From an uncultured Woeseiaceae bacterium (GTDB lineage: Bacteria; Pseudomonadota; Gammaproteobacteria; Steroidobacterales; Woeseiaceae): a stretch of DNA of 64,000 nucleotides. Shown here one piece after another: positions 21,557-30,498 of this stretch. The position numbers and the translations under genes were made by a program. The stretch lies in NCBI GenBank assembly GCA_964533065.1, contig CAZHLE010000001.1, forward strand, positions 37 to 64,036. Reading direction: 5' to 3'. The notes below the pieces were generated by a model. That model searched no databases. It saw only the letters and a program-made list of their open reading frames with translations, and was not told where the DNA came from. Within the stretch, counting starts at the first letter, position 1. Every line of letters starts with the position of its first letter.

Positions 21557-21810
21557 ATGGCGGAGCTCGAGACCAGGCAGACCAATGCCAGCGTCTTGTA
21601 GGATTCTCGCCGCGCAAGCAGAATATCTCCATCTACATCATGGCCGGCTTTTCCGGCAGCGAAAGATTGCTGGCGAAACGTGGCAAGCACAAGATCGGTA
21701 AATCCTGCCTCTACATCAAGCGCCTGGACGACGTCGATCAGGTCGTGCTCCGGAAACTCCTTGACGGGTCCATCCAGTACATGCGCAATAAATACACCAC
21801 CGGAAAATGA
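21557..21810 (+). pseudogene. DUF1801 (YdhG-like) gene with an internal out-of-frame deletion
   Basis: N-terminal remnant MAELETRQTNASVL* (21557-21601) in one frame, then C-terminal part GFSPRKQNISIYIM...GKHKIGKSCLYIKRLDDVD... in another frame with no own start. Confidence 0.5.
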
Positions 21811-21814
21811 CGCA

Positions 21815-22288
21815 ATGAGCGATACCATAATCACGTCGCGGCTGGAAGGCACGACGCTGGTCGTCGAAACCGATACCCAGACTGAGACTTACGATTCCCA
21901 GTTCCTGGTCGCAGCATTGTTGATCTACATCGCGCGTGGCAGTGGCGGGATCGAGCCTGAAGAAACGGCAAAGATGCTCGAGCTGATCCAGGGTCATTTC
22001 CAGTTGCGGGGCGCCGAATCACTCGAACTGCTGACCCGTGCAATGAGCGAACTCGCCGAAAAGCCCGAACTTGGCAAACTGCTAGGTGAGCTTGGCCGTT
22101 CATTGTCCGACAGCGACAAGGAAGATATCGCCGTCATGGCTCTCAAGGTGATCGCGGCTGATGGCCGCCGAAAGGTCGCGGAAATGGAAAAATTCAACGA
22201 AGCCGTCGAGGCGGTCGGCGCATCGCCCGAGGTTGTGCACCGGGCCTTCGATCGGTATTTCGCAGAAACCATGCCGGGAGAGCTTTAG
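21815..22288 (+). CDS. TerB-like (tellurite-resistance TerB family) protein
   Basis: Helical repeats with DKEDIAVMALKVIAADGRRKVAEMEKFNE, typical of the TerB fold; internal ATG of track ORF 21680..22288. Confidence 0.6.
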   Translation: MSDTIITSRLEGTTLVVETDTQTETYDSQFLVAALLIYIARGSGGIEPEETAKMLELIQGHFQLRGAESLELLTRAMSELAEKPELGKLLGELGRSLSDSDKEDIAVMALKVIAADGRRKVAEMEKFNEAVEAVGASPEVVHRAFDRYFAETMPGEL

Positions 22289-22290
22289 TC

Positions 22291-22671
22291 ATGCATCGCA
22301 GCCGTTTCGCCGGGATCATTATTGATTGTCAGACTGACAACCTCGAGTCTGCCGCGGAGTTCTGGAGTGCGGCGCTGGGTTACCCGCGCAAACATGTCGC
22401 GGATGAGGGCGACCCTGTTTACCGGACCTTGCAGCCGCCGCCGCGCGAAACCTATGTCGAGGTGCAAAAAGTGTCGCACCCGAGTCGTGTGCACCTCGAC
22501 ATCGAAGCGGACGATATCGAGGCCGAAGTGGCGCGCCTCGAAGCACTGGGGGCGCAGAGGATTGAGTTTATACGTGGCTGGTGGGTCATGGAGGCGCCGA
22601 CAGGGCAGCGATTTTGTGTGGTTCCTCCCGCCAACGAACATTTCGCGAAAACCGCGAATACCTGGAAATAA
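22291..22671 (+). CDS. VOC (glyoxalase/bleomycin-resistance) family protein
   Basis: Size and the VHLDIEADDIEAEVARLEALGA pattern. Confidence 0.7.
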   Translation: MHRSRFAGIIIDCQTDNLESAAEFWSAALGYPRKHVADEGDPVYRTLQPPPRETYVEVQKVSHPSRVHLDIEADDIEAEVARLEALGAQRIEFIRGWWVMEAPTGQRFCVVPPANEHFAKTANTWK

Positions 22672-22703
22672 CACGCAACAGCAAGGCAATTGCGATGACA
22701 ATC

Positions 22704-24602
22704 TCAGCGCAGGCTGGCCTGTAGCGTCTCCAGCTCGCCCCAGCGCTCGATGCGCGCTTCCAGCAGCGACTTTGCGTCCGCCAATTCGCAGAGCGTCGCC
22801 TGAACGATTTTCTGGTCCTGGGCATAGAAGCCGGGATCGGCGATCTGTTGTTCCACGCTGGCGACGGACGCCTCGATGCCGGCAATCTCGCCGGGCAATG
22901 CATCGAGTTCGCGTTGATCCTTGTAGCTGAGCTTGGTCGGTTTTTTCTGCGTGCGTTTTTCGGCAACAACGCGTTTGCGATTCCCGATTTCGAAGGGGTC
23001 ATCGGTGACCGCAAGGTTACGGCCCTGGCGTAACCAGTCGGAATAGCCTCCGACATATTCGCGCACGCTGCCGTCATCTTCAAATACGACGGTACTGGTC
23101 ACGACGTTGTCGAGGAACTCGCGGTCGTGGCTGACGACGATCAGGGTGCCACTGTATTCGGTGAGTCTGGCTTCGAGCACTTCCAGCGTTTCGACGTCGA
23201 GATCGTTGGTTGGCTCGTCCAGCACCAGCAAGTTCGCTGGCTGGGTAAACAACTTGGCGAGAATGACGCGATTGCGCTCGCCACCGGACAGCGCCTTGAC
23301 CGGCGTCATCGCGCGCTTCGGGCTGAACAGGAAACCATTGAGATAACCGACGATATGGCGTTCCTTGCCGTTGAGCTTGATGTAGGTGCGCCCGTCGCCG
23401 ACGTTGTAGGCAACCGACTTGTCGAGCTCCAGGTTTTGTCGCAACTGGTCGAAGTAGCCGATTTCCAAATTGGTGCCGTGCTTGAGCGTGCCTGCTTGCG
23501 GCTCCAGGTCGCCGAGCAACAGGCGCAATAGCGTGGTTTTGCCAACGCCGTTGTTGCCAATCAAACCGATGCGATCGCCACGCATGATCTTGATCGAGAA
23601 ATTCTCGATCAGCGGTTCATCCGCGTAGCGATACGATACGTTCTTGGCGCTGATCACCTTGCGACCGGATTGTTCGGCCTCTTCAATGTGAATGCGTGCC
23701 TGGCGTTCGCGTTTTACACGCTGCGCGCGCTCATCACGCATTTTCATGAGTGCGCGGGCGCGGCCCTCGTTGCGCGTTCGGCGGGCCTTGATGCCCTGCC
23801 GGATCCAGTCTTCTTCCTGCGCCAGTTTCTTGTCGAACCTGGCGTTGGCTGCGTCCTCGTCCTCGATCGATTTGTCCTTATTTTTCAAATAGTTATCGTA
23901 GTCTCCATGCCAGCTCGTGAGCTTGGCCCTGTCGATTTCAAGAATGCGCGTCGCGAGCCGCTGCAAGAATGCCCGATCGTGGGTGATGAACATGACGGCG
24001 CCCGGCCAGGCATAGAGTCGATCCTCGAGCCATTTGATGGTCGCGATATCGAGATGATTGGTCGGCTCGTCGAGCAATAGCAGCTCCGGCTTCTGTACCA
24101 TCGCCGCGGCAAGTGCGACACGCCGGCGCCATCCACCGGACAGCTCGTTCATCTTCTTCTCGGCGGGCAAATTCAACTCGGTGATGGTTTCTTCAACCCG
24201 TTGCTCCATGTGCCAGCCATCGTGCGCGTCAATTCGCGCGTGCAAGGCTTCGAGTTCGCGCATGCCGTCGCGATCGAGTTTGAGTTTCGACTGTTGCTCG
24301 TACTGCTGCAGCAATTTCTCGATTTCGCAGAGGCCCGCTCGAACCACGTCGCGAACACCGGTGTTCATCGCCTCGGGCAGTGCTTGGCTTAGCTGGCTCA
24401 CGATCAGGTTGCCGCTGCGCACGATCTCACCATGATCGGGTTCGAGCTCCCCCGTGATGAGTTTGAACGTCGTGGATTTCCCTGCGCCATTGCGCCCGAT
24501 CAGGCAAACGCGTTCGCCGGTTTCTATGGAGAATTCAGCCTGACTGAGGATTCTCAGCTCACCAAAGTCCAGCGATATTTCATCGAAGCGCAAAAGTGAC
24601 AT
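22704..24602 (-). CDS. uup: ABC-F family ATPase (Uup-like)
   Basis: Two ABC cassettes (GRNGAGKST / LSGGWRRR; GNNGVGKTT / LSGGERNR) and a C-terminal coiled coil; start taken at MSLLRFDE (residue 54 of the track ORF). Confidence 0.88.
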   Translation of the reverse strand: MSLLRFDEISLDFGELRILSQAEFSIETGERVCLIGRNGAGKSTTFKLITGELEPDHGEIVRSGNLIVSQLSQALPEAMNTGVRDVVRAGLCEIEKLLQQYEQQSKLKLDRDGMRELEALHARIDAHDGWHMEQRVEETITELNLPAEKKMNELSGGWRRRVALAAAMVQKPELLLLDEPTNHLDIATIKWLEDRLYAWPGAVMFITHDRAFLQRLATRILEIDRAKLTSWHGDYDNYLKNKDKSIEDEDAANARFDKKLAQEEDWIRQGIKARRTRNEGRARALMKMRDERAQRVKRERQARIHIEEAEQSGRKVISAKNVSYRYADEPLIENFSIKIMRGDRIGLIGNNGVGKTTLLRLLLGDLEPQAGTLKHGTNLEIGYFDQLRQNLELDKSVAYNVGDGRTYIKLNGKERHIVGYLNGFLFSPKRAMTPVKALSGGERNRVILAKLFTQPANLLVLDEPTNDLDVETLEVLEARLTEYSGTLIVVSHDREFLDNVVTSTVVFEDDGSVREYVGGYSDWLRQGRNLAVTDDPFEIGNRKRVVAEKRTQKKPTKLSYKDQRELDALPGEIAGIEASVASVEQQIADPGFYAQDQKIVQATLCELADAKSLLEARIERWGELETLQASLR

Positions 24603-24653
24603 ACAGTACGGTTTCTGGGGTCTGACCCTCTGCAAGCGTGGCAAGAGGCTACC

Positions 24654-24860
24654 ATGAGCAACGACAGATTGATTGAGATCGAAAGCAAGCTGGCGCACCA
24701 GGACCAGCTGTTGTTCGAGCTCAATGAAGTGGTCACCGAGCAGCAGGCGAGAATCATGCAACTCGAGCAGCTCGGCAAGTCACTGATTGACAGAGTACGC
24801 GCCCTCGGCGATGCCACGCCGGATAGCGCCCCGGTCGACGAGCGGCCACCGCATTATTAA
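24654..24860 (+). CDS. slyX: SlyX family protein
   Basis: RLIEIESKLAHQDQLLFELNEVV...ERPPHY matches SlyX. Confidence 0.85.
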   Translation: MSNDRLIEIESKLAHQDQLLFELNEVVTEQQARIMQLEQLGKSLIDRVRALGDATPDSAPVDERPPHY

Positions 24861-24923
24861 ACCCGAAATTCGGGTCGCAGCGTTACCATACACTACCGTT
24901 CAATGCCCCAAAGGGAGGCGTCA

Positions 24924-27900
24924 ATGAACACCTTACTCAGGCTGGTTTTGATCTTTCTGCTGCTACCCGCAATCGCTTTCGCGGACGATCCCTACGTGCC
25001 GGACGACTTGCAGGACTGGCAAGGGTGGGTGTTGCATGACAAGGAATACCGGGCTTGCCCGTTCTTTTTCGATCGTGGAGCCACGGAGCGTAATGACTAT
25101 GTCTGTGCCTGGCCCGGCCGCCTGGAACTTCGCGTTGATGGCAAGGGGGCTGCCTTCACCCAGTCGTGGTCCGTGTATGCGAAGGAACAGTGGTTGCGTC
25201 TGCCCGGCGATACCCATTACTGGCCGCACCAGGTCACGGCGAACGGCCGCAGCGTCGCAGTGGTATTGCGCGACAATGTGCCGAGCGTATTGCTGCCGCC
25301 CGGCGACTATCGCCTCAGCGGGTCTTTTGCCTGGGACGAGCGGCCGGGTGACCTGAGCCTGCCCTGGCAGACCGGCCTCTTGTCCCTGATCGTGGACGGG
25401 CAGGCGGTCGCAAGGCCGGATCGTACGAACCAGGGCGTATTCCTCGGCGAACGCCGCCAGGAGAGCCTGGCGCGCGATCATGTCAGCAGCAATGTGTATC
25501 GACTGGTGCAGGACGATGTGCCGACACGCCTGACGACACGCCTGCAAATCCAGGTCTCTGGCAGCGTGCGCGAGGAACTGTTCGGGCCGTTGTTGCCGGA
25601 AGGGTTCACACCGCTGACCCTGGACAGCCAGTTACCGGCGCGCCTCGAACCGGATGGCAAGTTGCGCGTGCAGGTACGGCCAGGGTCCTGGGACCTTGAA
25701 GTCACGGCGCGCGCCGCCAGCGTGCTCGATACGATCAGCCTGCGGGAGCCCGAGGCGAACCTGCCGGATGCCGAGATCTGGAGCTATGCGGCCAATGACA
25801 GCCTGCGCGTGACCGCGCCTGATGGCAGCGCACCCGTCGATCCGACGCAAGTCGGTACGCCGGGCGAATGGCAGCAACTGCCGGCATTCCGTCTCGCTGC
25901 CGGGGAGTCCCTGCAGATTAGCGAGCGCAGCCGCGGCATTGTGTCTGCTGACAACGATCTGCATTTATCGCGCAGCATGTGGTTGGCGTTTGATCGCTCG
26001 AATTTCATGGTTAAGGACCAGATCGCTGGCAGCATGCGCAGCGGTTGGCGTCTCGATATGTCGCCACCGTTTGGGCTGCTGACGGCGAGCGTTGATGACG
26101 AAAACCTGCTCATCACCGAGGGCGCTGCCAGCGGGCAGACCGGTGTGGAGCTGCGTTACCCGCAACTCGAGCTCGTGGCGGTGGCGCGATCGGAGCCTCT
26201 GGGCCCTTTGCCGGCAACCGGATGGGACACACGCTTCAGTTCGGTTGACACCGTGCTGCACCTGCCACCCGGGCATAAATTGCTGGCGGCACCGGGCGTC
26301 GATACGGCTGGAGGCAGCTGGGCCAGCCAATGGGAGTTGCTGGATTTTTTCCTGTTGCTGATTATCGCTATTGCGGCCTGGCGACTGTTCGGTCCCAAGG
26401 CAGGCGTGATTGCCCTGGTCACCCTCACCTTGAGTTTTCACGAACTGTCGGCTCCGACCTGGCTGTGGCTCAATCTCCTGATTGCGGTCGCCCTGTTGCG
26501 CGTGGCACCGGCCGGCAGATTGCGTCAGGGCGTGCTCGTCTATCAGCTCAGCAGCGCGGTGATACTCGTGCTGGTGCTGGTGCCGTTTATTGCCAGCCAG
26601 CTGCGCATCGCGATCTATCCGCAACTCGAGCCGCAATGGCCGGGGTATGGTGTCGCCTACGTTTCCGGCGTCGCCGCCGATGCCGATGATTTGCAACTAC
26701 CGGCCACAATGCCGGCACGCACTGAAAAAGAGCTGATGGAAGGCGTTACGCGGGAAAGAATGCTTTCGGCACCCGAAGAAATCGTCGTCACCGGGTCAAA
26801 AATCGCCCGGTCCACCGTATTTTCGCGCTACGCGCCCGATGCGATCGTGCAGGCCGGTGCCGGCATCCCGTCCTGGCAATGGAATACCTATCACTTAAGC
26901 TGGAGCGGTCCGGTCGACAGTGAGCAGACAATGCGGCTCATGATCCTGCCGCGCTGGCTGGTGTCGCTGTTGCGTTTTGCCGAGGTCGGTTTGCTGTTGT
27001 TGTTCGTCGCCGTGTTCGCCGCCGAAATCTTGAAGCGCGAAATCCGGCTTCCCGGGGGCTTGCGACTCGGCAATGCGGTCGCGAGCAGTCTCGCCATGAT
27101 CGGTCTGCTGACATTGTCGATGTTGCCGGAGCAGGCCGCACGCGCCGAACTGCCCGACGCCGAGATCCTGCAGGAGCTCGAAGCGAGGCTGCTGCGGGCG
27201 CCCGAGTGCGCGCCGCGATGCGCGGAGCTGGTGGCGGCCGACATTGTGATCCGCGAGCACAGCGTGCGCATGCGCTTGACGATCGATGCGCTCGACGATG
27301 TGGCAATGCCCCTGCCAGGCTCCGAGCGGGGCTGGCACGCCAGTGCGATCCTGCTGAATGGCAGCGCGGCCGGGCAGGTGACCCGCGGTCCGGGGCAAGC
27401 GCTCTGGCTGCGCCTGCTCGCGGGCCGGCATAGCGTGGAGCTGGAAGGCGCCATCCCCGCCGTGGACAGCCTTGAAATACCGTTCCCGACGCTGCCGAGG
27501 GTGGTGGAAGCAAGCGGCGATGGCTGGTTCGTCGCCGGCATCAAGGACCGCCGCCTGTTGTCCGGATCGCTGCAGCTGACCCGCCTGCAGACGGACACAG
27601 CAGCGGCGAATACCACGCGCTGGGAAAGCAGTCGCTTTCCGGCTTTCGTCGAGGTGTCACGAACCCTGCAACTGGATCTCGACTGGCGTGTTACGACGAC
27701 CGTCATCCGGGTTGCCCCGACGCAGGGCGCGCTGACGCTGGAGCTGCCGCTGTTGGCGGGCGAAGCCGTGATCAGCGACAACCTGAGCGTCCGCGATGGC
27801 AAGGTGCTGGTCAGCATGGCGCCGAACCAGAACGCCGTGTCCTGGGAGTCGAGCCTCGAACGCGTGTCGCCCCTGACCTTGCGCGCTGCGAACGACGCCG

Positions 27901-29009
27901 CATGGCGGGAACAGTGGGCGGTAGTCGCGAGCAATATCTGGCAGACAAGGTTCAGCGGTGTGCCCGAAAGTGACGTAGCCAGCCAGACTGACAATGCCAG
28001 GACTGCGGTTTTCTATCCGCGCGCGGGTGAAGAGCTGATCGTTGCCACGACACGCCCGGAAGGCAGTTCAGGTTCGACCCTGGCTTTCGATTCTGTCGAA
28101 CTGTATACGCAACACGGCGACCGCAGCAGCGACACGACCATGAGTCTCGCGTATCGCAGTACGCGTGGCATGCAACATGTCGTACAACTGCCGCGCGATG
28201 CCGAGGTCACCAATGTTGTCATCGACGGACTTACGCAATCACTGCGTGCCACCGACGGGCAGTTGATCCTGCCGGTTTTACCGGGAGAGCATTCGGTCCA
28301 GGTGGTATGGCGATCAGGCGGCGCAGTCGGTAGCCGTGTCGAGACACCGGCGGTCGACATCGGCGCGCCGGCGAGCAACATTTCCTTGCAGCTTGAGTTG
28401 CCGCGTGATCGCTGGCTGCTGGGTACCTCAGGTCCGCGCCTTGGGCCCGCAGTACTGTACTGGTCGGAACTCGCCGTGCTGCTGCTGGCCGCGATTATTC
28501 TTGGCAAAACCAGTCTCGCACCGCTGAAGACCTGGCAATGGCTGTTGCTCGGGCTTGGCTTCAGCACCTTCGACTGGCCCGCGTTCGGCTGGATCGTGCT
28601 CTGGTTGCTGGCGAGCGGTGCCCGTGCACGCTGGCACGGAACAGCGACCTGGTGGCGTTTCAATCTGGTGCAGCTCGCCGTGGTCGGCCTGACCGTGATC
28701 GCGTTGGGCTCGATCGTTTCCAGCCTGCCCGGTGGCCTGCTCGGCGTACCGGATATGAGCGTTACGGGCAATGAATCGTACGGCAATGCACTGCGCTGGT
28801 TTGCGGATCAAAGCACTGCCACATTGCCGCAGGCAGCTGCTTTTAGCGTGCCCCTGTGGGTCTACAAGGTTCTTATTCTCGGCTGGTCGCTGTGGCTGAG
28901 CTTTGCTTTGCTGCGCTGGCTGCCCTGGGTCTGGCGGAGTTTCTCGGCCCAGGGATACTGGCGCCCGCGGGCCGCGCGAGCCGCCCCAGGCACTGGTGGC
29001 AAGGAATGA
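24924..29009 (+). CDS. Large (1,361 aa) multi-pass membrane protein of unknown function, with signal peptide and duplicated periplasmic-type domains
   Basis: Strong SD AAGGGAGG 5 nt before ATG 24924; signal peptide MNTLLRLVLIFLLLPAIAFA; hydrophobic clusters at about 26334-26612, 26934-27128 and 28452-28937; no family recognised. Confidence 0.85.
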   Translation: MNTLLRLVLIFLLLPAIAFADDPYVPDDLQDWQGWVLHDKEYRACPFFFDRGATERNDYVCAWPGRLELRVDGKGAAFTQSWSVYAKEQWLRLPGDTHYWPHQVTANGRSVAVVLRDNVPSVLLPPGDYRLSGSFAWDERPGDLSLPWQTGLLSLIVDGQAVARPDRTNQGVFLGERRQESLARDHVSSNVYRLVQDDVPTRLTTRLQIQVSGSVREELFGPLLPEGFTPLTLDSQLPARLEPDGKLRVQVRPGSWDLEVTARAASVLDTISLREPEANLPDAEIWSYAANDSLRVTAPDGSAPVDPTQVGTPGEWQQLPAFRLAAGESLQISERSRGIVSADNDLHLSRSMWLAFDRSNFMVKDQIAGSMRSGWRLDMSPPFGLLTASVDDENLLITEGAASGQTGVELRYPQLELVAVARSEPLGPLPATGWDTRFSSVDTVLHLPPGHKLLAAPGVDTAGGSWASQWELLDFFLLLIIAIAAWRLFGPKAGVIALVTLTLSFHELSAPTWLWLNLLIAVALLRVAPAGRLRQGVLVYQLSSAVILVLVLVPFIASQLRIAIYPQLEPQWPGYGVAYVSGVAADADDLQLPATMPARTEKELMEGVTRERMLSAPEEIVVTGSKIARSTVFSRYAPDAIVQAGAGIPSWQWNTYHLSWSGPVDSEQTMRLMILPRWLVSLLRFAEVGLLLLFVAVFAAEILKREIRLPGGLRLGNAVASSLAMIGLLTLSMLPEQAARAELPDAEILQELEARLLRAPECAPRCAELVAADIVIREHSVRMRLTIDALDDVAMPLPGSERGWHASAILLNGSAAGQVTRGPGQALWLRLLAGRHSVELEGAIPAVDSLEIPFPTLPRVVEASGDGWFVAGIKDRRLLSGSLQLTRLQTDTAAANTTRWESSRFPAFVEVSRTLQLDLDWRVTTTVIRVAPTQGALTLELPLLAGEAVISDNLSVRDGKVLVSMAPNQNAVSWESSLERVSPLTLRAANDAAWREQWAVVASNIWQTRFSGVPESDVASQTDNARTAVFYPRAGEELIVATTRPEGSSGSTLAFDSVELYTQHGDRSSDTTMSLAYRSTRGMQHVVQLPRDAEVTNVVIDGLTQSLRATDGQLILPVLPGEHSVQVVWRSGGAVGSRVETPAVDIGAPASNISLQLELPRDRWLLGTSGPRLGPAVLYWSELAVLLLAAIILGKTSLAPLKTWQWLLLGLGFSTFDWPAFGWIVLWLLASGARARWHGTATWWRFNLVQLAVVGLTVIALGSIVSSLPGGLLGVPDMSVTGNESYGNALRWFADQSTATLPQAAAFSVPLWVYKVLILGWSLWLSFALLRWLPWVWRSFSAQGYWRPRAARAAPGTGGKE

Positions 29010-29620
29010 GCAGGGGCGCCATCACCTGGGCTGCGATTTTCCTTGGCGTGCTGCTGTGGTCGGCCATTGAGCCAAAGGACATGACCATATGGTGGCTCGA
29101 AACGGCACCGGCGATCGCCGGTGCCATCGTGCTTCTGTTCACGCGGCGGCGGTTTCTGCTGACGACGCTGACCTACGTGCTGGTCCTAGTGCACTGCATC
29201 ATCCTGATCGTCGGTGCGCATTACACCTACGCTGAGGTACCACTCGGTGACTGGGTGCGCGATACCTTCGATCAGTCGCGCAACAACTATGACAAGCTCG
29301 GCCACTTCGTGCAGGGTTTCGTACCGGCGATGATCGCGCGCGAAATCGTGGTGCGACTCAAGGTGTTCAATTTCGCCGGCTGGAGGAATTTTTTCATCGT
29401 CTGTTTTTGTCTCGCGGTGTCGGCATTCTATGAGCTCATCGAATGGTGGGTCGCAGTATTGGCCGACGAGTCGGCGGAAGCGTTCCTGTCGATGCAGGGC
29501 TACGTATGGGACACGCAGGCCGACATGTGGACGGCGCTGGTCGGGGCCGTGCTGGCATTGCTGTTACTGGCACGCTGGCAGGATCGGCAGCTGCGTGCGG
29601 CCGGCTATTTGCAGCCATAG
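29006..29620 (+). CDS. DUF2238 (YjdF-like) inner-membrane protein
   Basis: HYTYAEVPLGDW, NNYDKLGHFVQGFVPA and FYELIEWW motifs recalled for YjdF/DUF2238; ATGA overlap with the upstream gene. Confidence 0.7.
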   Translation: MSRGAITWAAIFLGVLLWSAIEPKDMTIWWLETAPAIAGAIVLLFTRRRFLLTTLTYVLVLVHCIILIVGAHYTYAEVPLGDWVRDTFDQSRNNYDKLGHFVQGFVPAMIAREIVVRLKVFNFAGWRNFFIVCFCLAVSAFYELIEWWVAVLADESAEAFLSMQGYVWDTQADMWTALVGAVLALLLLARWQDRQLRAAGYLQP

Positions 29621-30498
29621 TGAAAAAATGCGCCTACCTGATCATGCAGGACCCGGGTGATTACGTCACCGACTATGACCTGAGCTTCGCCGCCATGGCG
29701 ACGCTTGGCTGGCAGGTCGAAACAGTCTGCTGGCGCGACGCGTCGCTGGACTGGAATCACTTCGATGCCGTATACATCTGCACGCCCTGGGACTACCCGC
29801 AACACCTGCAGCAATTCCTCGCGGTGTTGCAGAGCATTGAGGAATCCAGGGCGGTGCTGGTGAACCCGTTGTCGCTGGTGCATTGGACACTGCAAAAGAC
29901 CTACCTTGCCGATCTGCAGCAACGCGGCGCCGATATCGTTCCGAGTCGCTGGTTTGACAACTTCGATGCGCAGAAAATCGCCGACTGCTTTCAGGCCTTC
30001 GACGTCGCGCAACTGATCATCAAGCCTACCGTTGGCGCGAATGCGCAGGATACCTACGTGCTGCAGGAGCCGATACCAGCGGCGATGCTTGCGATGCTGC
30101 GATCGACTTTTCAGCAGCGCAAATTTTTCGTGCAACCCTTCATCGACAATATCCAGGCCGAGGGCGAGTTCTCGCTGTTCTATTTCGGCGGTATATGCAG
30201 TCACGCAATACTGAAAGTTCCGAAGGCCGGCGACTTTCGCGTGCAGGAGGAACATGGCGGCGATATCCGCAGCGTGCAGCCGTCCGCCGCCTTGCTGGCG
30301 GCCGGACAACGTGTGCTGTCGCTGGTCAGGCCGCAGCCGGTCTATGTACGCGCCGATTTTGTGCGCGGAATCGATGGCCGTTTCCTGCTGATGGAGCTTG
30401 AGTTGATCGAACCGGCGTTGTACCTGCGCATGGATGCGGGCGCGGCGGATCGTTTTGCGGCGGCGTTCGATCAGTATGTCAGTGGAGAGATATCATGA
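29620..30498 (+). CDS. ATP-grasp domain protein (RimK / glutathione-synthetase-like fold)
   Basis: KKCAYLIMQD... N-terminus, IIKPTVGANA, FVQPFI, and a C-terminal RADFVR...LMELELIEP pattern; GTG 29620 overlaps the upstream stop (TAGTG); ATG 29644 is an alternative start. Confidence 0.65.
   Translation: MKKCAYLIMQDPGDYVTDYDLSFAAMATLGWQVETVCWRDASLDWNHFDAVYICTPWDYPQHLQQFLAVLQSIEESRAVLVNPLSLVHWTLQKTYLADLQQRGADIVPSRWFDNFDAQKIADCFQAFDVAQLIIKPTVGANAQDTYVLQEPIPAAMLAMLRSTFQQRKFFVQPFIDNIQAEGEFSLFYFGGICSHAILKVPKAGDFRVQEEHGGDIRSVQPSAALLAAGQRVLSLVRPQPVYVRADFVRGIDGRFLLMELELIEPALYLRMDAGAADRFAAAFDQYVSGEIS

Noticed and set aside
21400-21810. 136-aa ORF reading from inside upp into the DUF1801 remnant
   Set aside because: Its first ~65 codons are an out-of-frame overlap with upp. 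Only the C-terminal part resembles a real protein, so it is treated as a pseudogene fragment.
22322-22930. 202-aa plus-strand ORF spanning the VOC gene and the uup 3' end
   Set aside because: It is extremely Arg/Ser/Pro-rich, is out of frame with a well-formed VOC gene, and runs antisense into uup.
24903-24923. Upstream ATG (24903) as the start of the giant protein; similar N-terminal extensions for the track ORFs at 28856, 29443, 17844, 21680, 35174, 38044 and 45037
   Set aside because: The extensions overlap upstream genes or lack an SD. The internal starts restore canonical N-termini and/or sit behind clear SD sequences.
26891-27994. Long antisense or alternate-frame ORFs inside large GC-rich genes (26891..27994, 25965..26696, 39602..40549, 52872..53924, 13945..14787, 56394..57017 and others)
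   Set aside because: All are Arg/Ser/Pro/Ala-rich, lack recognisable motifs, and overlap genes with clear identities. This is the typical shadow-ORF pattern of high-GC DNA.
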